Shown: positions 9,944-20,258, counted from the stretch's first letter. The stretch is 64,000 bases of DNA from Anaerolineae bacterium (GCA_034437735.1 DAOTTS010000102.1:16333-80332); one strand, 5' to 3'. Notes: generated by a model not told the origin, from the letters alone. Numbers and translations: made by a program.

Positions 9944-10918
9944 ATGCACACACTGAGTCGAGAACAAAAAATCATCCTCATGGTGCTTGCGATTCTGGAC
10001 GTGGTCGTCATCGGGGGGATGGCAGCGGTCGTCATCCGGTCGATGACCACGGCGCCCGCTCGCCCCCTGCCGACCGCGACGCCCGTCCCTACCTCGGATA
10101 GACAGATACAGCCCACGTGGACCCCGACCACACTCGCTACGGCCCGTCCGACGCTTCCACCACGACCCACCAACACACCGACCGCGACGCCGACGGTGGG
10201 GCCCACGCAAACGCCGACGGCAGAACCGCCCACACCGACGCCAGTGCCGCCGGGACCGGTGCCCATCCCGGGTGCCGACTTTGACTTCATCCTGCCGAAC
10301 CGTATTCCAGGGTGGAATTGGGATGCCTACGTGAACTACAAAGAGGGCGACGAGGATTACAACCCGGATGACTCCTATGCCGAACCTGTCTTTCGAGCTG
10401 CCGACGATCCCGCACGGCAGATCGACGGCTCCACCCTCAAGGTGGAAACGATCCGATGGCTAAAATTCCGAGCGTGGGTCCACCAGACGGTCACCGTCAC
10501 CGCCGGAAGCACCGTCTATTTCCAGATCAAAGCGCAGGCTTTCTCTTCACTCGACCGCCTGATGGTCAAAGCCGGGGTGGATCCAACGGGCGCCGGGAAC
10601 TGCTACAACGCGCTGTGGGGTGAAGAAGAACGGCTCAACCAGGATGAGGGCGTCGTGATTTTGACCTCCCCCGAGGTAGTAGTGGAGGGCCCGCCCCCAG
10701 ATGTTCCAGGGGCTGACGATCAGGAGACCCCGACCCCCACCCCGACACCGGGCATTGAGGAACCGGGAGGTGAGACGCCGACCCCCAGCAGCCCGACCGA
10801 GGTCGAGAATCCGGCGCCGGTCACCCTATGTTTCTTTGCGGAACCGACCTACGCTCATATCAACAACGCGGCCTTTTTCGATGAAGCCGAGCTCATTGTC
10901 GCGCCACCTTCCCCATAG
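9944..10918 (+). CDS. Membrane-anchored Pro/Thr-rich surface protein with a beta-rich extracellular domain
   Basis: N-terminal hydrophobic segment (IILMVLAILDVVVIGGMAAVVI), PTxTP linkers, aromatic-rich globular segment. Confidence 0.7.
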   Translation: MHTLSREQKIILMVLAILDVVVIGGMAAVVIRSMTTAPARPLPTATPVPTSDRQIQPTWTPTTLATARPTLPPRPTNTPTATPTVGPTQTPTAEPPTPTPVPPGPVPIPGADFDFILPNRIPGWNWDAYVNYKEGDEDYNPDDSYAEPVFRAADDPARQIDGSTLKVETIRWLKFRAWVHQTVTVTAGSTVYFQIKAQAFSSLDRLMVKAGVDPTGAGNCYNALWGEEERLNQDEGVVILTSPEVVVEGPPPDVPGADDQETPTPTPTPGIEEPGGETPTPSSPTEVENPAPVTLCFFAEPTYAHINNAAFFDEAELIVAPPSP

Positions 10919-10944
10919 ATCTAAGAAAAGGAGCGATTGACGTT

Positions 10945-12042
10945 ATGCCTCAGACAGAAGGATATCACGTAATCGTAATCGGTGCAGGACTCAGCGGGGC
11001 AGCCCTCGCGCGCATGCTGGCCAAGCAGGATCGCCGCGTCGTGGTTCTTGAAGCAACCGAAGCGCCCGGCGGCACCCTGAAACAAACGCCTGGGCTCGCG
11101 CTATTGGGCACCCCCTATCCTGCGGTGCCGTACTCCCAAGCGAGGAATATCGCGGGGACCTTGGCGCTGTGGAGACTGAGTTACGAGAACCTTCATCTGC
11201 TAGAAAGTGCACTCGAGAGCGCCGGGTTGCCCCTACGATCCGTCGGCAGTCAGCGACTCGCGATGACCGCCGAGGAGGCCAAGGCATTCCAACAATCCAC
11301 GGCACATCTTAAGGAAAACGGCTATACGGTCGCTTTCGAAGAGAACGACCCAACCCTCGACGCACTTTCCAATCGCGGCGAGGCTTTGCAATACACGGGA
11401 TTGTTGAATACCCTGGACGACGTTCAATTCGAATCCGAACCCCTTATTCAACATCTGTTGGATCACGAAAACATCACGGTGGAGCCCCACACGGAAGCGT
11501 ATGCCATCAAACCAAGGCCGGGCATGGGATTGACCATTTGGGCTCACGATCGATATCTTTGGGCTGACAAGGTTGTCGTTGCTAACGGCGTTCACGCCGT
11601 CCGCCTCAATCAGACCTTTGCTCAGACGCTGGATTTTGCTCACGTCCACACGCTAATCCTGAAAGAGATGCCAGATCTACCCACGCCCCTGGTTCTCGAT
11701 CGCGGTCGCGTGATCATTGTGAGTGATCCGGACACGAGCTCCGGTCACCTGAGCGCCTACGGCCCGGAGGGCACGGATCTCTTACAAATACTAACCCCGA
11801 TTGCCGAACAGGTTACGCCTAACGCCGTGGTCATCGACAGATTCTCAAGCCGCGTCGCGGAGAGTGCTGAGCCGGTCCCATGGATCGGCACACAACCGGG
11901 GCAACCCGATCTCTATGCGCTGATAGGCCTGGGGGCCTACGGCGCGAGTTGGGCTTTCGTAGCCGCTCGACGGCTGGCGGATATGATCCTTAACGATCAA
12001 TCGCCCCGGCTGGGACCGCTCGATCAGATCGCCGAATCATAA
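10945..12042 (+). CDS. FAD-dependent oxidoreductase (D-amino-acid oxidase / glycine oxidase-like)
   Basis: VIVIGAGLSG...VVVLE, VVVANG and C-terminal GLGAYGASWA...ARRLADMI; AAGGAG RBS. Confidence 0.78.
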   Translation: MPQTEGYHVIVIGAGLSGAALARMLAKQDRRVVVLEATEAPGGTLKQTPGLALLGTPYPAVPYSQARNIAGTLALWRLSYENLHLLESALESAGLPLRSVGSQRLAMTAEEAKAFQQSTAHLKENGYTVAFEENDPTLDALSNRGEALQYTGLLNTLDDVQFESEPLIQHLLDHENITVEPHTEAYAIKPRPGMGLTIWAHDRYLWADKVVVANGVHAVRLNQTFAQTLDFAHVHTLILKEMPDLPTPLVLDRGRVIIVSDPDTSSGHLSAYGPEGTDLLQILTPIAEQVTPNAVVIDRFSSRVAESAEPVPWIGTQPGQPDLYALIGLGAYGASWAFVAARRLADMILNDQSPRLGPLDQIAES

Positions 12043-12102
12043 ATCCGAGTGAGATGAGTCTAAACCCGAAAGATTGGAACGAGGAACGGAGTTAACGCAC
12101 CT

Positions 12103-12825
12103 ATGGCAGTAGAAAAGAGAGCCGAAGACCGACCAGTTCAAGTTGCCATTATCGATGATCACCCATTCTTTCGTCAGGGCGTACGGGACGTCCTCAATGC
12201 GGAGCCCAATATTGAGGTCATCGCAGAGAGTGATGATGGCCTAGAAGCCTTGAAGATGCTTGAGGAAATCAAACCACAAGTCGTCCTTATGGACGTCAAC
12301 CTACCCAGTCTCAATGGTATGCAAGTCACCCGGAGACTAAAATCCCGCTGTCCGGACGTCCACGTCGTCATTCTGACCGCTTACGATGACGAAGAGCAAA
12401 TTTACCGAGCGATTCGGATTGGTGCCTCCGCCTATTTTGCCAAGGACGTCGCCCCTAAACTTCTTATCGACACCATCCGGGCGGTCGCTGACGGCTATTA
12501 CGTAATCCGCGACAGGCGGATGACGCCGAAGCAGGCGGAGCAATGGATGCTAGAACTCTACCGTCGATACGGCATCGATCCTGAAGAGAAAACCCTCTCG
12601 CCATTGACCAACCGCGAGATGGAAATTCTGGAAGTCATCGTCGAGGGGCTAAGCAACCGCCAGATCGCCAATCGCCTGGGAATCAGTCAGCAAACTGTTA
12701 AGAACCACGTGACCTCCATTCTGTCCAAGTTAGATCTATCCGACCGCACCCAGGCTGCCATCCACGCCATCCGTCACGGATGGGTCCGTCTTCCAGCGGA
12801 CAGAACGGACGAAGCTATCACCTAA
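12103..12825 (+). CDS. NarL/DegU-family response regulator (REC plus LuxR HTH)
   Basis: IIDDH, LMDVNLP (phospho-Asp), FAKD; LTNREMEIL...GLSNRQIA...TVKNHVTSILSKL. Confidence 0.93.
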   Translation: MAVEKRAEDRPVQVAIIDDHPFFRQGVRDVLNAEPNIEVIAESDDGLEALKMLEEIKPQVVLMDVNLPSLNGMQVTRRLKSRCPDVHVVILTAYDDEEQIYRAIRIGASAYFAKDVAPKLLIDTIRAVADGYYVIRDRRMTPKQAEQWMLELYRRYGIDPEEKTLSPLTNREMEILEVIVEGLSNRQIANRLGISQQTVKNHVTSILSKLDLSDRTQAAIHAIRHGWVRLPADRTDEAIT

Positions 12826-12894
12826 CCTATCATCACCGCCGGATCACGTTGAACATCGATCGCGATATGTACTATTCAAGAAGGGACATCACAC

Positions 12895-13953
12895 ATGGTT
12901 GATATGAACTGGGAACAGTTTTCAGAACGCTGCCGCCAAGAAGCGAGCAAGGTCCAGCAAGAGCTCAAAGAGATCGATATGCTCATTCAGCAGACCTCTT
13001 CTGAGGTCAACCGATTTATGCAGACGAATTCCAGGGCCGTTGCCCGCGTGCGGCAGATTGAGTCCTCCTTCGATACGGTGCCACGAGAGGACATTAAGAC
13101 CGCGTACAACCGTCTTCTCGAAAACCAACAGCGACTCTTCACAATGCGGGGACAGCTAGAGAAACTACAAAGCGACCAGAAGAACCTGACGCGGATTGCG
13201 AACCTTTACCAGATCATCCTCGACTTCGGGGCGCCGGAGACCAGCAGCCAAGCGACGGCAGACACGGAGCAGGAAACCGCCCCCTCCCAGGCTATGGTCG
13301 TCAGCATCATTGAGGCCCAAGAGCAGGAAAGATTACGATTGTCCAGACAGATGCACGATGGGCCGGCTCAGTCCCTGACCAACCTGGTCCTCCAGGCTGA
13401 AATCTGCGAGCGACTGTTCGACCGGGATCCTGAAAGCGCCCGAACGGAACTCGCCGACCTGAAGAAGAGCGTCGTGGATGCGTTCAAGATGGTCAAGGTC
13501 TTTATCTTCGATTTGCGTCCTATGATGCTCGACGACCTCGGCCTTATCCCCACGATGAAGCGCTACGTGGAAGGGCTGAGCGATGAGGGATTCAAAGGCC
13601 TCACCTTACAGGTCACCGGCAAGGAAAAGCGCCTCGCTCCACACAAGGAAGTGACGGTCTTCCGAGTCATTCAAGCGCTGATCCATATCAGCCGTGAGCA
13701 GAGCCAGGCCGGCAATATCTCGATCCACCTCGGCCTTGAGGAGGACCAGGTAGACGTGAGGATTGAGGATAACGGCACCGGCTTCGAAATTGACGAGGCC
13801 TTGACCTCGCAGGATGCAAACCGGCTCAACCTGCCCACCCTCCGTGAACGCATCGAGATGCTCGGCGGGGACATCCACTTCTTCAGCGCACCCGGGGAGG
13901 GACTCCGCGTTAACTTCTCCATACCGGCGGAATCCACGTTAGAGGACGTCTAG
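12895..13953 (+). CDS. DegS-like cytoplasmic histidine kinase (coiled coil, HisKA_3, degenerate HATPase)
   Basis: EQERLRLSRQMHDGPAQSL H-box, DLRPMMLDDLGL and DNGTGF present; N-box and G2 box altered; no TM segment. Confidence 0.8.
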   Translation: MVDMNWEQFSERCRQEASKVQQELKEIDMLIQQTSSEVNRFMQTNSRAVARVRQIESSFDTVPREDIKTAYNRLLENQQRLFTMRGQLEKLQSDQKNLTRIANLYQIILDFGAPETSSQATADTEQETAPSQAMVVSIIEAQEQERLRLSRQMHDGPAQSLTNLVLQAEICERLFDRDPESARTELADLKKSVVDAFKMVKVFIFDLRPMMLDDLGLIPTMKRYVEGLSDEGFKGLTLQVTGKEKRLAPHKEVTVFRVIQALIHISREQSQAGNISIHLGLEEDQVDVRIEDNGTGFEIDEALTSQDANRLNLPTLRERIEMLGGDIHFFSAPGEGLRVNFSIPAESTLEDV

Positions 13954-14065
13954 CCGTCTATCCCGCCCAAGCCCGGATTCAAACCACGGGGTGGACAAAC
14001 GCATGAAGGTAGGTATACTCATCAACCACCCCGTTGGGGACGGTAACGCAACATATCATCAGCAC

Positions 14066-14095
14066 TTGACAAAGTTTTCCAGGACGTGCTAGAGT
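14066..14095 (+). promoter_or_regulatory. Sigma70 promoter with extended -10 (upstream of the sigma gene)
   Basis: TTGACA (14066-14071), 18-nt spacer, TGc-TAGAGT (14090-14095). Confidence 0.6.
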
Positions 14096-14106
14096 TCGGT
14101 ACCGTT

Positions 14107-14142
14107 AGCACAGGTGGTTCATGCCGCCCGTGCTCTTTTTTT
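14107..14142 (+). terminator. Intrinsic terminator or attenuator
   Basis: AGCACAGGTGG...CCGCCCGTGCT hairpin (14107-14134) followed by T7 (14136-14142). Confidence 0.7.
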
Positions 14143-14173
14143 GCTCAGGACGCGTTGGCTTCCAGACTCTTAT

Positions 14174-14201
14174 TTGACAAGTGAGACGGGTTCGCTATCT
14201 T
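14174..14201 (+). promoter_or_regulatory. Second sigma70 promoter candidate, proximal to the sigma gene
   Basis: TTGACA (14174-14179), 16-nt spacer, TATCTT (14196-14201). Confidence 0.5.
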
Positions 14202-14229
14202 AATACATAGAACGGTTTGTTGATCGTCG

Positions 14230-15477
14230 TTGCGTGAAGGAACTATACCCTTGGTATCCAATAGCAAAGTCAAAAACAAGCAAAATGAAAAAATAGAAGC
14301 GATGGATCAGTACGCTTCGAGTGAAGAATACCTGATGACGTTAGGCCATGCGCGTGGCTTCGTCACGTATGAGGATATTCACCGTGCGTTCCCCGAAGCC
14401 GAGGAGGACATCAGCCGCCTGGATGAGGTCATCGCAGCCTTGATGAAGGCAGGCATCACCGTCGGCAAGCCCAAGGACAAACCATCGACGGCACCTAAAG
14501 CGACAGATGGGACCGGCAAGCAGAACGAAGAAGCAAAAATGGAAGAGGACATTTACCGGGCTATCCAGGCCGACGACACCATCGGTCTCTATCTCAAAGA
14601 AATCGGCAAAGTCGATCTGCTCACGGCCGAGGAAGAGGTCTCACTGGCGATGCGAATTGAGGCCGGCAAGGAAGCACGGGACAGACTAAACGCGGGGGCC
14701 TATGCCGACAACAAGGAACGCGACGAGCTGGAGTTAATCGTCGATGATGGGATCCAAGCGCGAGAACATCTGATCAGGGCAAACTCCAGGCTGGTCATCA
14801 GCGTAGCCAAGAAGTACATCGGGCGGGGCGTCCCGTTCCTGGATCTGATTCAAGAGGGCAATATCGGCCTTATCCGAGCGACCAATAAGTTCGAATACCA
14901 GCGAGGGCACAAATTCTCCACGTATGCCACCTGGTGGATCCGACAAGCTGTGACCCGCTCCATCGCAGATCAGAGCCGAACGATCCGAATTCCCGTTCAC
15001 ATGGGGGATCAGATCAATAAGATGCTGCGCGCCTCCCACCAACTGACCCAGCGCCTCGGGCGAAGCCCCACCCCCGATGAGCTGGCGGATGACCTGGACA
15101 TCGAACTGAGCAAGGTGGAGCAGATGTTGGATATCGCCCGGCGGCCGCTCTCCCTTGAAATGCCCACCGATGATGAAGGAGACAGCACCCTGGGGGATTT
15201 CATCGAGGATGGCGAGAGTCCGGCCCCGCCGGATCGCGTCAGCGGCATTATCCTTCGGGACCTTCTGATGGAGATCCTGGTTGACCTTCCCCCTCGGGAG
15301 GTCAAAATCCTGCAAATGCGATACGGCTTGCTGGATGGGGAGACCTACACGCTGGAACAGGTGGGGAACAAATTCGGGGTGACCCGCGAGCGGGTACGTC
15401 AGATTGAGGCCCAGGCGCTCAGCCGACTCCGGCATCCGGCCCACGCCCGGCGCCTCCGGGATTTCCTGCGCCGGTAA
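14230..15477 (+). CDS. rpoD: RpoD/SigA-type sigma-70 factor (true start may be downstream)
   Basis: Region 1.2 ([18 protein letters not shown]), 2.x (LVISVAKKY; [10 protein letters not shown]; [12 protein letters not shown]) and 4.2 ([18 protein letters not shown]). Could be a paralogue of the primary sigma. Confidence 0.85.
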   Translation: MREGTIPLVSNSKVKNKQNEKIEAMDQYASSEEYLMTLGHARGFVTYEDIHRAFPEAEEDISRLDEVIAALMKAGITVGKPKDKPSTAPKATDGTGKQNEEAKMEEDIYRAIQADDTIGLYLKEIGKVDLLTAEEEVSLAMRIEAGKEARDRLNAGAYADNKERDELELIVDDGIQAREHLIRANSRLVISVAKKYIGRGVPFLDLIQEGNIGLIRATNKFEYQRGHKFSTYATWWIRQAVTRSIADQSRTIRIPVHMGDQINKMLRASHQLTQRLGRSPTPDELADDLDIELSKVEQMLDIARRPLSLEMPTDDEGDSTLGDFIEDGESPAPPDRVSGIILRDLLMEILVDLPPREVKILQMRYGLLDGETYTLEQVGNKFGVTRERVRQIEAQALSRLRHPAHARRLRDFLRR

Positions 15478-15481
15478 GACC

Positions 15482-16564
15482 CTACGCTCCGCCGGTATGA
15501 ACGTCGATCACGCGTCCAGCAGCCGCCCGGATCAGTCGATCGGCCACAGCTAACCCCAGACCTCGCGTCCCGAACTCGCGGGCCAAAATGCGTGAAACGC
15601 CCGCACGGTCCAGCGCACGCAACGCCACGAAGAGCCGCTGGGCCACCGTCTCCAGGTCGGCCTCGGGTCCTACACTTTGAAGTTCGACGGGGAGATCACG
15701 GAAAGCATCAAGATCCTCATCGGCGATCAATAATCCCACGGGAACCTTCTCCTGAATCAAGCGCAACGCCACATCCCGCATCTCCTGACGCACCTCAGCC
15801 GGGTCCCCGCGGTACACCGTGACCTGCGCGTTGGGCGCGTAGTGTTTGAGATGGGTCCCCGGGGACGTGGCCACCTCATCCTCGCGAACCACAGCAACCT
15901 TCATCGCAACCTCACCCAGCAGCTCGACCAGCGCCTCACGGCTTATCCCACCGGGTCGCAGAATAGTCGGCGTGTCACCGACGAGCGATAAAACCGTCGA
16001 TTCGACGCCAACAAACGTCGCCCCCCCATCGAGAATCATCGAGATCCGACCATCCAAGTCGGCCAGGACGTGAGCGGGGCGGGTCGGACTGATCTGCCCG
16101 AACCGGTTCGCACTCGGGGCCGCAATCGGCACCCAAGATTCGGCAATCAGTGCATGCGCAACCGGATGCGAGGGGACCCGGACCGCGACCGTCGATTTCC
16201 CGGCCGTGACCAGGTCAGGAACTCGGGCGTGCTTCGGCAGCACCAGGGTCAGCGGCCCCGGCCAAAAGGCCTGGGCCAAATCCTCGACAACCGGAGGGAT
16301 CCTGGACACAACCCGCTTCATGTCATCGATGTCAGCAAGATGGACAATCAGGGGGTCTGAAGCCGGACGCGCCTTCGCAGAAAAGATACGAGCGACCGCC
16401 CGCGTATCGAGCGCGTTAGCCCCCAGCCCATAAACCGTCTCCGTAGGAAAGGCCACCAGGCGCCCGGCACGGATGAGCGCGGCGGCCCGTCGGATTACCT
16501 CGGGTTCGGGAGACCGGGGATCAACTTTCAAACACGCAGTGACCAGATCCGGCTCAACGTTCAT
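15482..16564 (-). CDS. sua5: L-threonylcarbamoyladenylate synthase, Sua5 type
   Basis: VAFPTETVYGLGA, K.RP..DPLIVH, FWPGPLTLVL, AAPSAN, GVESTV and PG..LKHYAP Sua5 domain. Start placed at Met17 of the ORF-track ORF. Confidence 0.92.
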   Translation of the reverse strand: MNVEPDLVTACLKVDPRSPEPEVIRRAAALIRAGRLVAFPTETVYGLGANALDTRAVARIFSAKARPASDPLIVHLADIDDMKRVVSRIPPVVEDLAQAFWPGPLTLVLPKHARVPDLVTAGKSTVAVRVPSHPVAHALIAESWVPIAAPSANRFGQISPTRPAHVLADLDGRISMILDGGATFVGVESTVLSLVGDTPTILRPGGISREALVELLGEVAMKVAVVREDEVATSPGTHLKHYAPNAQVTVYRGDPAEVRQEMRDVALRLIQEKVPVGLLIADEDLDAFRDLPVELQSVGPEADLETVAQRLFVALRALDRAGVSRILAREFGTRGLGLAVADRLIRAAAGRVIDVHTGGA

Positions 16565-16598
16565 AGAGGCAGCATCCGCTGCAACTTGTGACTGAGCA

Positions 16599-16877
16599 TT
16601 ACGATTGGGCAATCAGAACGTTTCGAGCGGTAAGGTCCTCGGCAAAGTTCAAGACATCGGTCTGCACACGGGAAAGATCCGCCTCAAATCGATCGGCGAT
16701 CTCAGTGGCAATTTCAGCAAGGGTGCGTCTCCCATCAGCCAACTGCACCATCTGAGCCCCGGTCGCATTCAAAACCACAAACTTTCCCTTTTCCGGAAGG
16801 ACAACGACCAACTCACCCTCCGTCTCGCGCGTCACAATTTTATCGCTGGTCACTACGACATCATTCAAACTCAGCAT
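16599..16877 (-). CDS. Stand-alone PqqD-family (RiPP recognition element) protein
   Basis: RETEGELVVV...FVVLNATGAQMVQLADGRRTLAEIATEIADRFEADLSRVQTDVLNFAEDL fits the PqqD pattern. ATG 16877 overlaps the end of the upstream kinase gene. Confidence 0.85.
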   Translation of the reverse strand: MLSLNDVVVTSDKIVTRETEGELVVVLPEKGKFVVLNATGAQMVQLADGRRTLAEIATEIADRFEADLSRVQTDVLNFAEDLTARNVLIAQS

Positions 16878-17682
16878 CCATCGCCTCCCAAAAACTTGCA
16901 TCCTTACGGAATTGAAGCGCATACGCGGGTACGTCGCGCAACACACTTTCCCAACGCGCCATCAACAGTGGAAGCCACTCAGGATCCCCGGATACCACCG
17001 GGGAATTAGCAACCAGTTCAGCCAACGCACGTCCTGGAGGCAACCGGTCGACCGACACCTCGGGAGACTTCACCAGACGCAGCAAAGCTGACAGGGGGGC
17101 GTGCCTTACGTCGCCGCGGCGCTTCCCAAATGGCGTTGCGGCCATCACCCAGCCGGTATCCTCGGGGCGCACCACAACCAAATCGTCATTCAAGACAGGA
17201 TCCGGCGCCGACAATCGCGATGCCGTCGTCTTGCCGCTACCCGAGGTGCCGAAAAACGCGTACCCACGACCGCGATGCAGGACCGCAGCTGTGTGAAAGA
17301 TCAACGCATCTCGCGCAAACGCCTGACAGGTCAGGGCAACTCGCATAAAATATCCCACATCCGCCGCTCTGGCGTCAGGATGAAGGCGTAACTCCGCATA
17401 CCCTTCCTCTGTCGACACATACCCCTCAAAGCCGGGACGATCGAGAACGCACGCACCGGCTCGACATTGGGGGATCGCTTCAAAGAGTGGCCCCTCAGGT
17501 GGGGAGAGATGAGAGGCCGCGCGGATATGCACGGGCCAACAGACCGTATCCGGAGAGGGCTCCCATGAAGCCCAACTGCGCGCGATAATGTCCAACCAAA
17601 CCGGGGGGCAGATTACCCGCACGCCCAACCCGGCCATGCCGAAATCAAACGTCGAATTCAACGCCTCAGGAATGTCTGCCAT
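16861..17682 (-). CDS. HPr-kinase-related P-loop protein (HprK-rel / ScmC-like)
   Basis: HTAAV...AFFGTSGSGKTT (Walker A), LNDDLVVV, ATPFG: the HprK-like C-terminal kinase signature. Confidence 0.8.
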   Translation of the reverse strand: MADIPEALNSTFDFGMAGLGVRVICPPVWLDIIARSWASWEPSPDTVCWPVHIRAASHLSPPEGPLFEAIPQCRAGACVLDRPGFEGYVSTEEGYAELRLHPDARAADVGYFMRVALTCQAFARDALIFHTAAVLHRGRGYAFFGTSGSGKTTASRLSAPDPVLNDDLVVVRPEDTGWVMAATPFGKRRGDVRHAPLSALLRLVKSPEVSVDRLPPGRALAELVANSPVVSGDPEWLPLLMARWESVLRDVPAYALQFRKDASFWEAMDAEFE

Positions 17683-18131
17683 ATAATAAACAGCGCGACA
17701 GCGATGAGCAGCCCCCCCTCAACCCTGACCCAAAGGCGAGGCAGCCCCGCCCGCACCTCTACCGTCTCGGGATAAAGGGTCGTTGTACCATCCAGTTCAA
17801 CCTCTTCGATGCGATAACGGTAGCGCACGCCGGGCCTCACATCTGAGTCCTCAAAGCGGTAGCTCGCTCCCACCATCTCATCCCCCTGCGCCGGTATCAG
17901 GGCCTCGTTAACCTGGGTGAAGTCTTCCTCACCGACAGGCGAACGATAGACGTTGAAGCCGGCTGCACCGACTTCGCTGGCCGTCTCCCACGTAAGCACC
18001 ACAGGCGCCAAATCGGAAACTAACAGCCAAACGCCTCCGAACGCCAACAACGCTGCAAGGGCAGCCCAAAATATCCGACGAGGGGCCCCCCGTTGTGTTG
18101 AAGGCTCACGCTGCATATCTGGTGTCGTCAA
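17658..18131 (-). CDS. Small membrane protein with an FN3-like beta-sandwich between two hydrophobic segments
   Basis: N-terminal TM; LTWETASEVGAAGFNVYRS...YRFED...YRYRIEEV; C-terminal TM plus RR. TTG start inferred from the GGAGGA spacing. Confidence 0.65.
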   Translation of the reverse strand: MTTPDMQREPSTQRGAPRRIFWAALAALLAFGGVWLLVSDLAPVVLTWETASEVGAAGFNVYRSPVGEEDFTQVNEALIPAQGDEMVGASYRFEDSDVRPGVRYRYRIEEVELDGTTTLYPETVEVRAGLPRLWVRVEGGLLIAVALFIIWQTFLRR

Positions 18132-18199
18132 GGACCTATCCTCCAGGTGCGAAAGCACGGTGCAATTCGTCTACTCACCCCATTATACCCAACCCAGCA

Positions 18200-19180
18200 C
18201 TAATCCGTACTGATGTCCTTCGCCCACTGGCGATTGTTTTCGTACCATCGCACCAATGCCGCAATCCCTTCGCGATATGAGGTCTGAGGACGCCAACCTA
18301 ATAAGCGCTCCGCTTTTGAAATATCCGCCCACGTCGCATACACGTCGGCCGGGTGGCTGGGCTCATAGACGAGGTTCGCCTCCCGTCCCAGCAGCGACTC
18401 AATCTCTCGGATCGTGTCCATCAATACGACCGGGGTATCCGACCCGAGGTTGATAACCTCATAGCCAAGCGGCTTCAACCCGGCGATTGTGCCCCGCGCG
18501 ATATCGTCGACAAACGTAAAATCCCGCTTCTGGGTGCCATCCCCATAGATCGTCACCGGGCGACCCTCAGCAATCCACTGCGTGAAACGGAAAAGGCTCA
18601 TATCCGGACGCCCGGCCGGACCGTAAACTGTGAAATAACGGAAGACGGTGACGTCCAGGTCGTAAAGATAATGATACGTATAGCACATCGCCTCAGCAGC
18701 CTTCTTCGAGGCCGCATAGGGCGAGAGCGGTCGAGACGTATCCTGATCCTCCCGGTACGGCATAGGGTTATCCTTGCCATAGAGACTGGAGGTCGATGCC
18801 AACACAAACTTCTCAACTCCGTGGTTGCGGCACAGATCCAATAAATTGAGCGTCCCTTTGGCGTTCGTCTCGAGGTAGATCCAGGGATCCTTGACCGAAC
18901 GACGCACACCCGCCCACGCAGCCAAATTGATCACCCCATCAAACGGAGGCTCCGGGGCATGAAAGAGCGCACGAAGTTCGCCCAAGTCCGTGATATCAAG
19001 CGCGTGGAAGGTAAACAACGGATGATCCTGAATCTGCTTCAGCCGCCATTCCTTTAACCGAACATCGTACGCTTCATTGAGATTGTCGACCCCGATCACT
19101 GTGTGACCCTCGGCCAAAAGAAATTCCGCGACCTTAGAGGCGATAAAGCCAGCCGTCCCGGTCACCAAATACGTCCCCAT
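18200..19180 (-). CDS. NAD-dependent epimerase, UDP-glucuronate 4-epimerase-like
   Basis: TGTAGFI, NLAAWAGVR, ASTSSLYG, YAASK, RYFTVYGPAGRPDM. Confidence 0.85.
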   Translation of the reverse strand: MGTYLVTGTAGFIASKVAEFLLAEGHTVIGVDNLNEAYDVRLKEWRLKQIQDHPLFTFHALDITDLGELRALFHAPEPPFDGVINLAAWAGVRRSVKDPWIYLETNAKGTLNLLDLCRNHGVEKFVLASTSSLYGKDNPMPYREDQDTSRPLSPYAASKKAAEAMCYTYHYLYDLDVTVFRYFTVYGPAGRPDMSLFRFTQWIAEGRPVTIYGDGTQKRDFTFVDDIARGTIAGLKPLGYEVINLGSDTPVVLMDTIREIESLLGREANLVYEPSHPADVYATWADISKAERLLGWRPQTSYREGIAALVRWYENNRQWAKDISTD

Positions 19181-19256
19181 ATTTCCTCCTGCTATCTAGC
19201 GCCTACGATGTCATAACGCTCAAAGCCCAACACAAGCCCGCTGTTTGTCACGCCAA

Positions 19257-20258
19257 CTACCCAGCGCCATCACCCTCATCACGATAGTAGGCAATGACCT
19301 GTCGAAGCGTCTCCGGCAACGTGATCTCCGGCTGCCAGTTAAGCGTCCTCTGAATCTTACGCGTGTCCGGCACCCGCCGGTGCATATCCTCAAATCCCGG
19401 CTGGTACGCATCCTCATAGGGCACGAAGACGATGCGATCCTCAGGGTCGGACGCCGGCGCAACTTGAGCCAGAATCTCACGGGCCAAATCCAGGATCGTA
19501 ATCTCGTGAGTGCTCCCAACGTTGAAGATCTCCCCGACCGCGTCAGGACTCTCAATCAGCCCAACCAAGGCACGCACGACGTCTGAAACGTTGCAAAAGC
19601 AGCGGCTTTGGCTGCCATCCCCGTAAACCGTGATCGGCTCCCCACCCAGCGCCTGCTGCACAAATCGGGGGACGACCATCCCGTACTGCCCGGTCTGTCT
19701 CGGCCCGACCGTGTTGAAGAGCCGGCAGATAACGACCGGCAAATCCATCTGACGGTAATAGGCTAAGCCCAGGAACTCCTCCACGGCCTTAGAATCCGAG
19801 TAGCTCCAGCGGGCCTTCGTCGTCGCTCCCAAGACCCGATCATCATCTTCAGCGAAGGGAACCTGGGTTGATTTGCCATAAATCTCCGAGGTAGAAACGA
19901 GCAGCACCTTCTTCCGGTATCGCGCCGCCGTTCGAAGGACAGCCTGGGATCCCAAGACGTTGGTTTCGATCACACGAACGGGATCCCGCACAATGAGTTT
20001 CACGCCAACGGCTGCCGCCAGATGAAAAATCACGTCACACTCGCTGACGAGGCGGTCCATCACAATACCATTGCTGATCGTATCGATCACAAAATGAAAC
20101 CGAGGGTGCTCAACCAGATGCACGATATTGGCAAATCGCCCTGTCGAGAGGTCATCGATGATTGTGACCTCCCCCCCACGCTCCAACCACGCCTCTGCAA
20201 GATGAGAGCCGATGAATCCGGCTCCACCCGTGATCAACGCATGCTCACCAGCCGACAT
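19257..20258 (-). CDS. NAD-dependent nucleotide-sugar epimerase/dehydratase (SDR_e)
   Basis: TGGAGFIG, HLAAAVGV, STSEIYG, YSDSK, RLFNTVGPRQ. Confidence 0.88.
   Translation of the reverse strand: MSAGEHALITGGAGFIGSHLAEAWLERGGEVTIIDDLSTGRFANIVHLVEHPRFHFVIDTISNGIVMDRLVSECDVIFHLAAAVGVKLIVRDPVRVIETNVLGSQAVLRTAARYRKKVLLVSTSEIYGKSTQVPFAEDDDRVLGATTKARWSYSDSKAVEEFLGLAYYRQMDLPVVICRLFNTVGPRQTGQYGMVVPRFVQQALGGEPITVYGDGSQSRCFCNVSDVVRALVGLIESPDAVGEIFNVGSTHEITILDLAREILAQVAPASDPEDRIVFVPYEDAYQPGFEDMHRRVPDTRKIQRTLNWQPEITLPETLRQVIAYYRDEGDGAG

Noticed and set aside
13986-14034. Inverted repeat ACGGGGTGG / CCACCCCGT as a terminator
   Set aside because: A 31-nt loop and no U-tract; too weak to call.
16599-17682. 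Complete lasso-peptide or PQQ biosynthetic cluster
   Set aside because: No asparagine-synthetase-like cyclase, transglutaminase-like B2, PqqB/C/E, radical SAM enzyme or precursor ORF is visible; only the RRE and the kinase.
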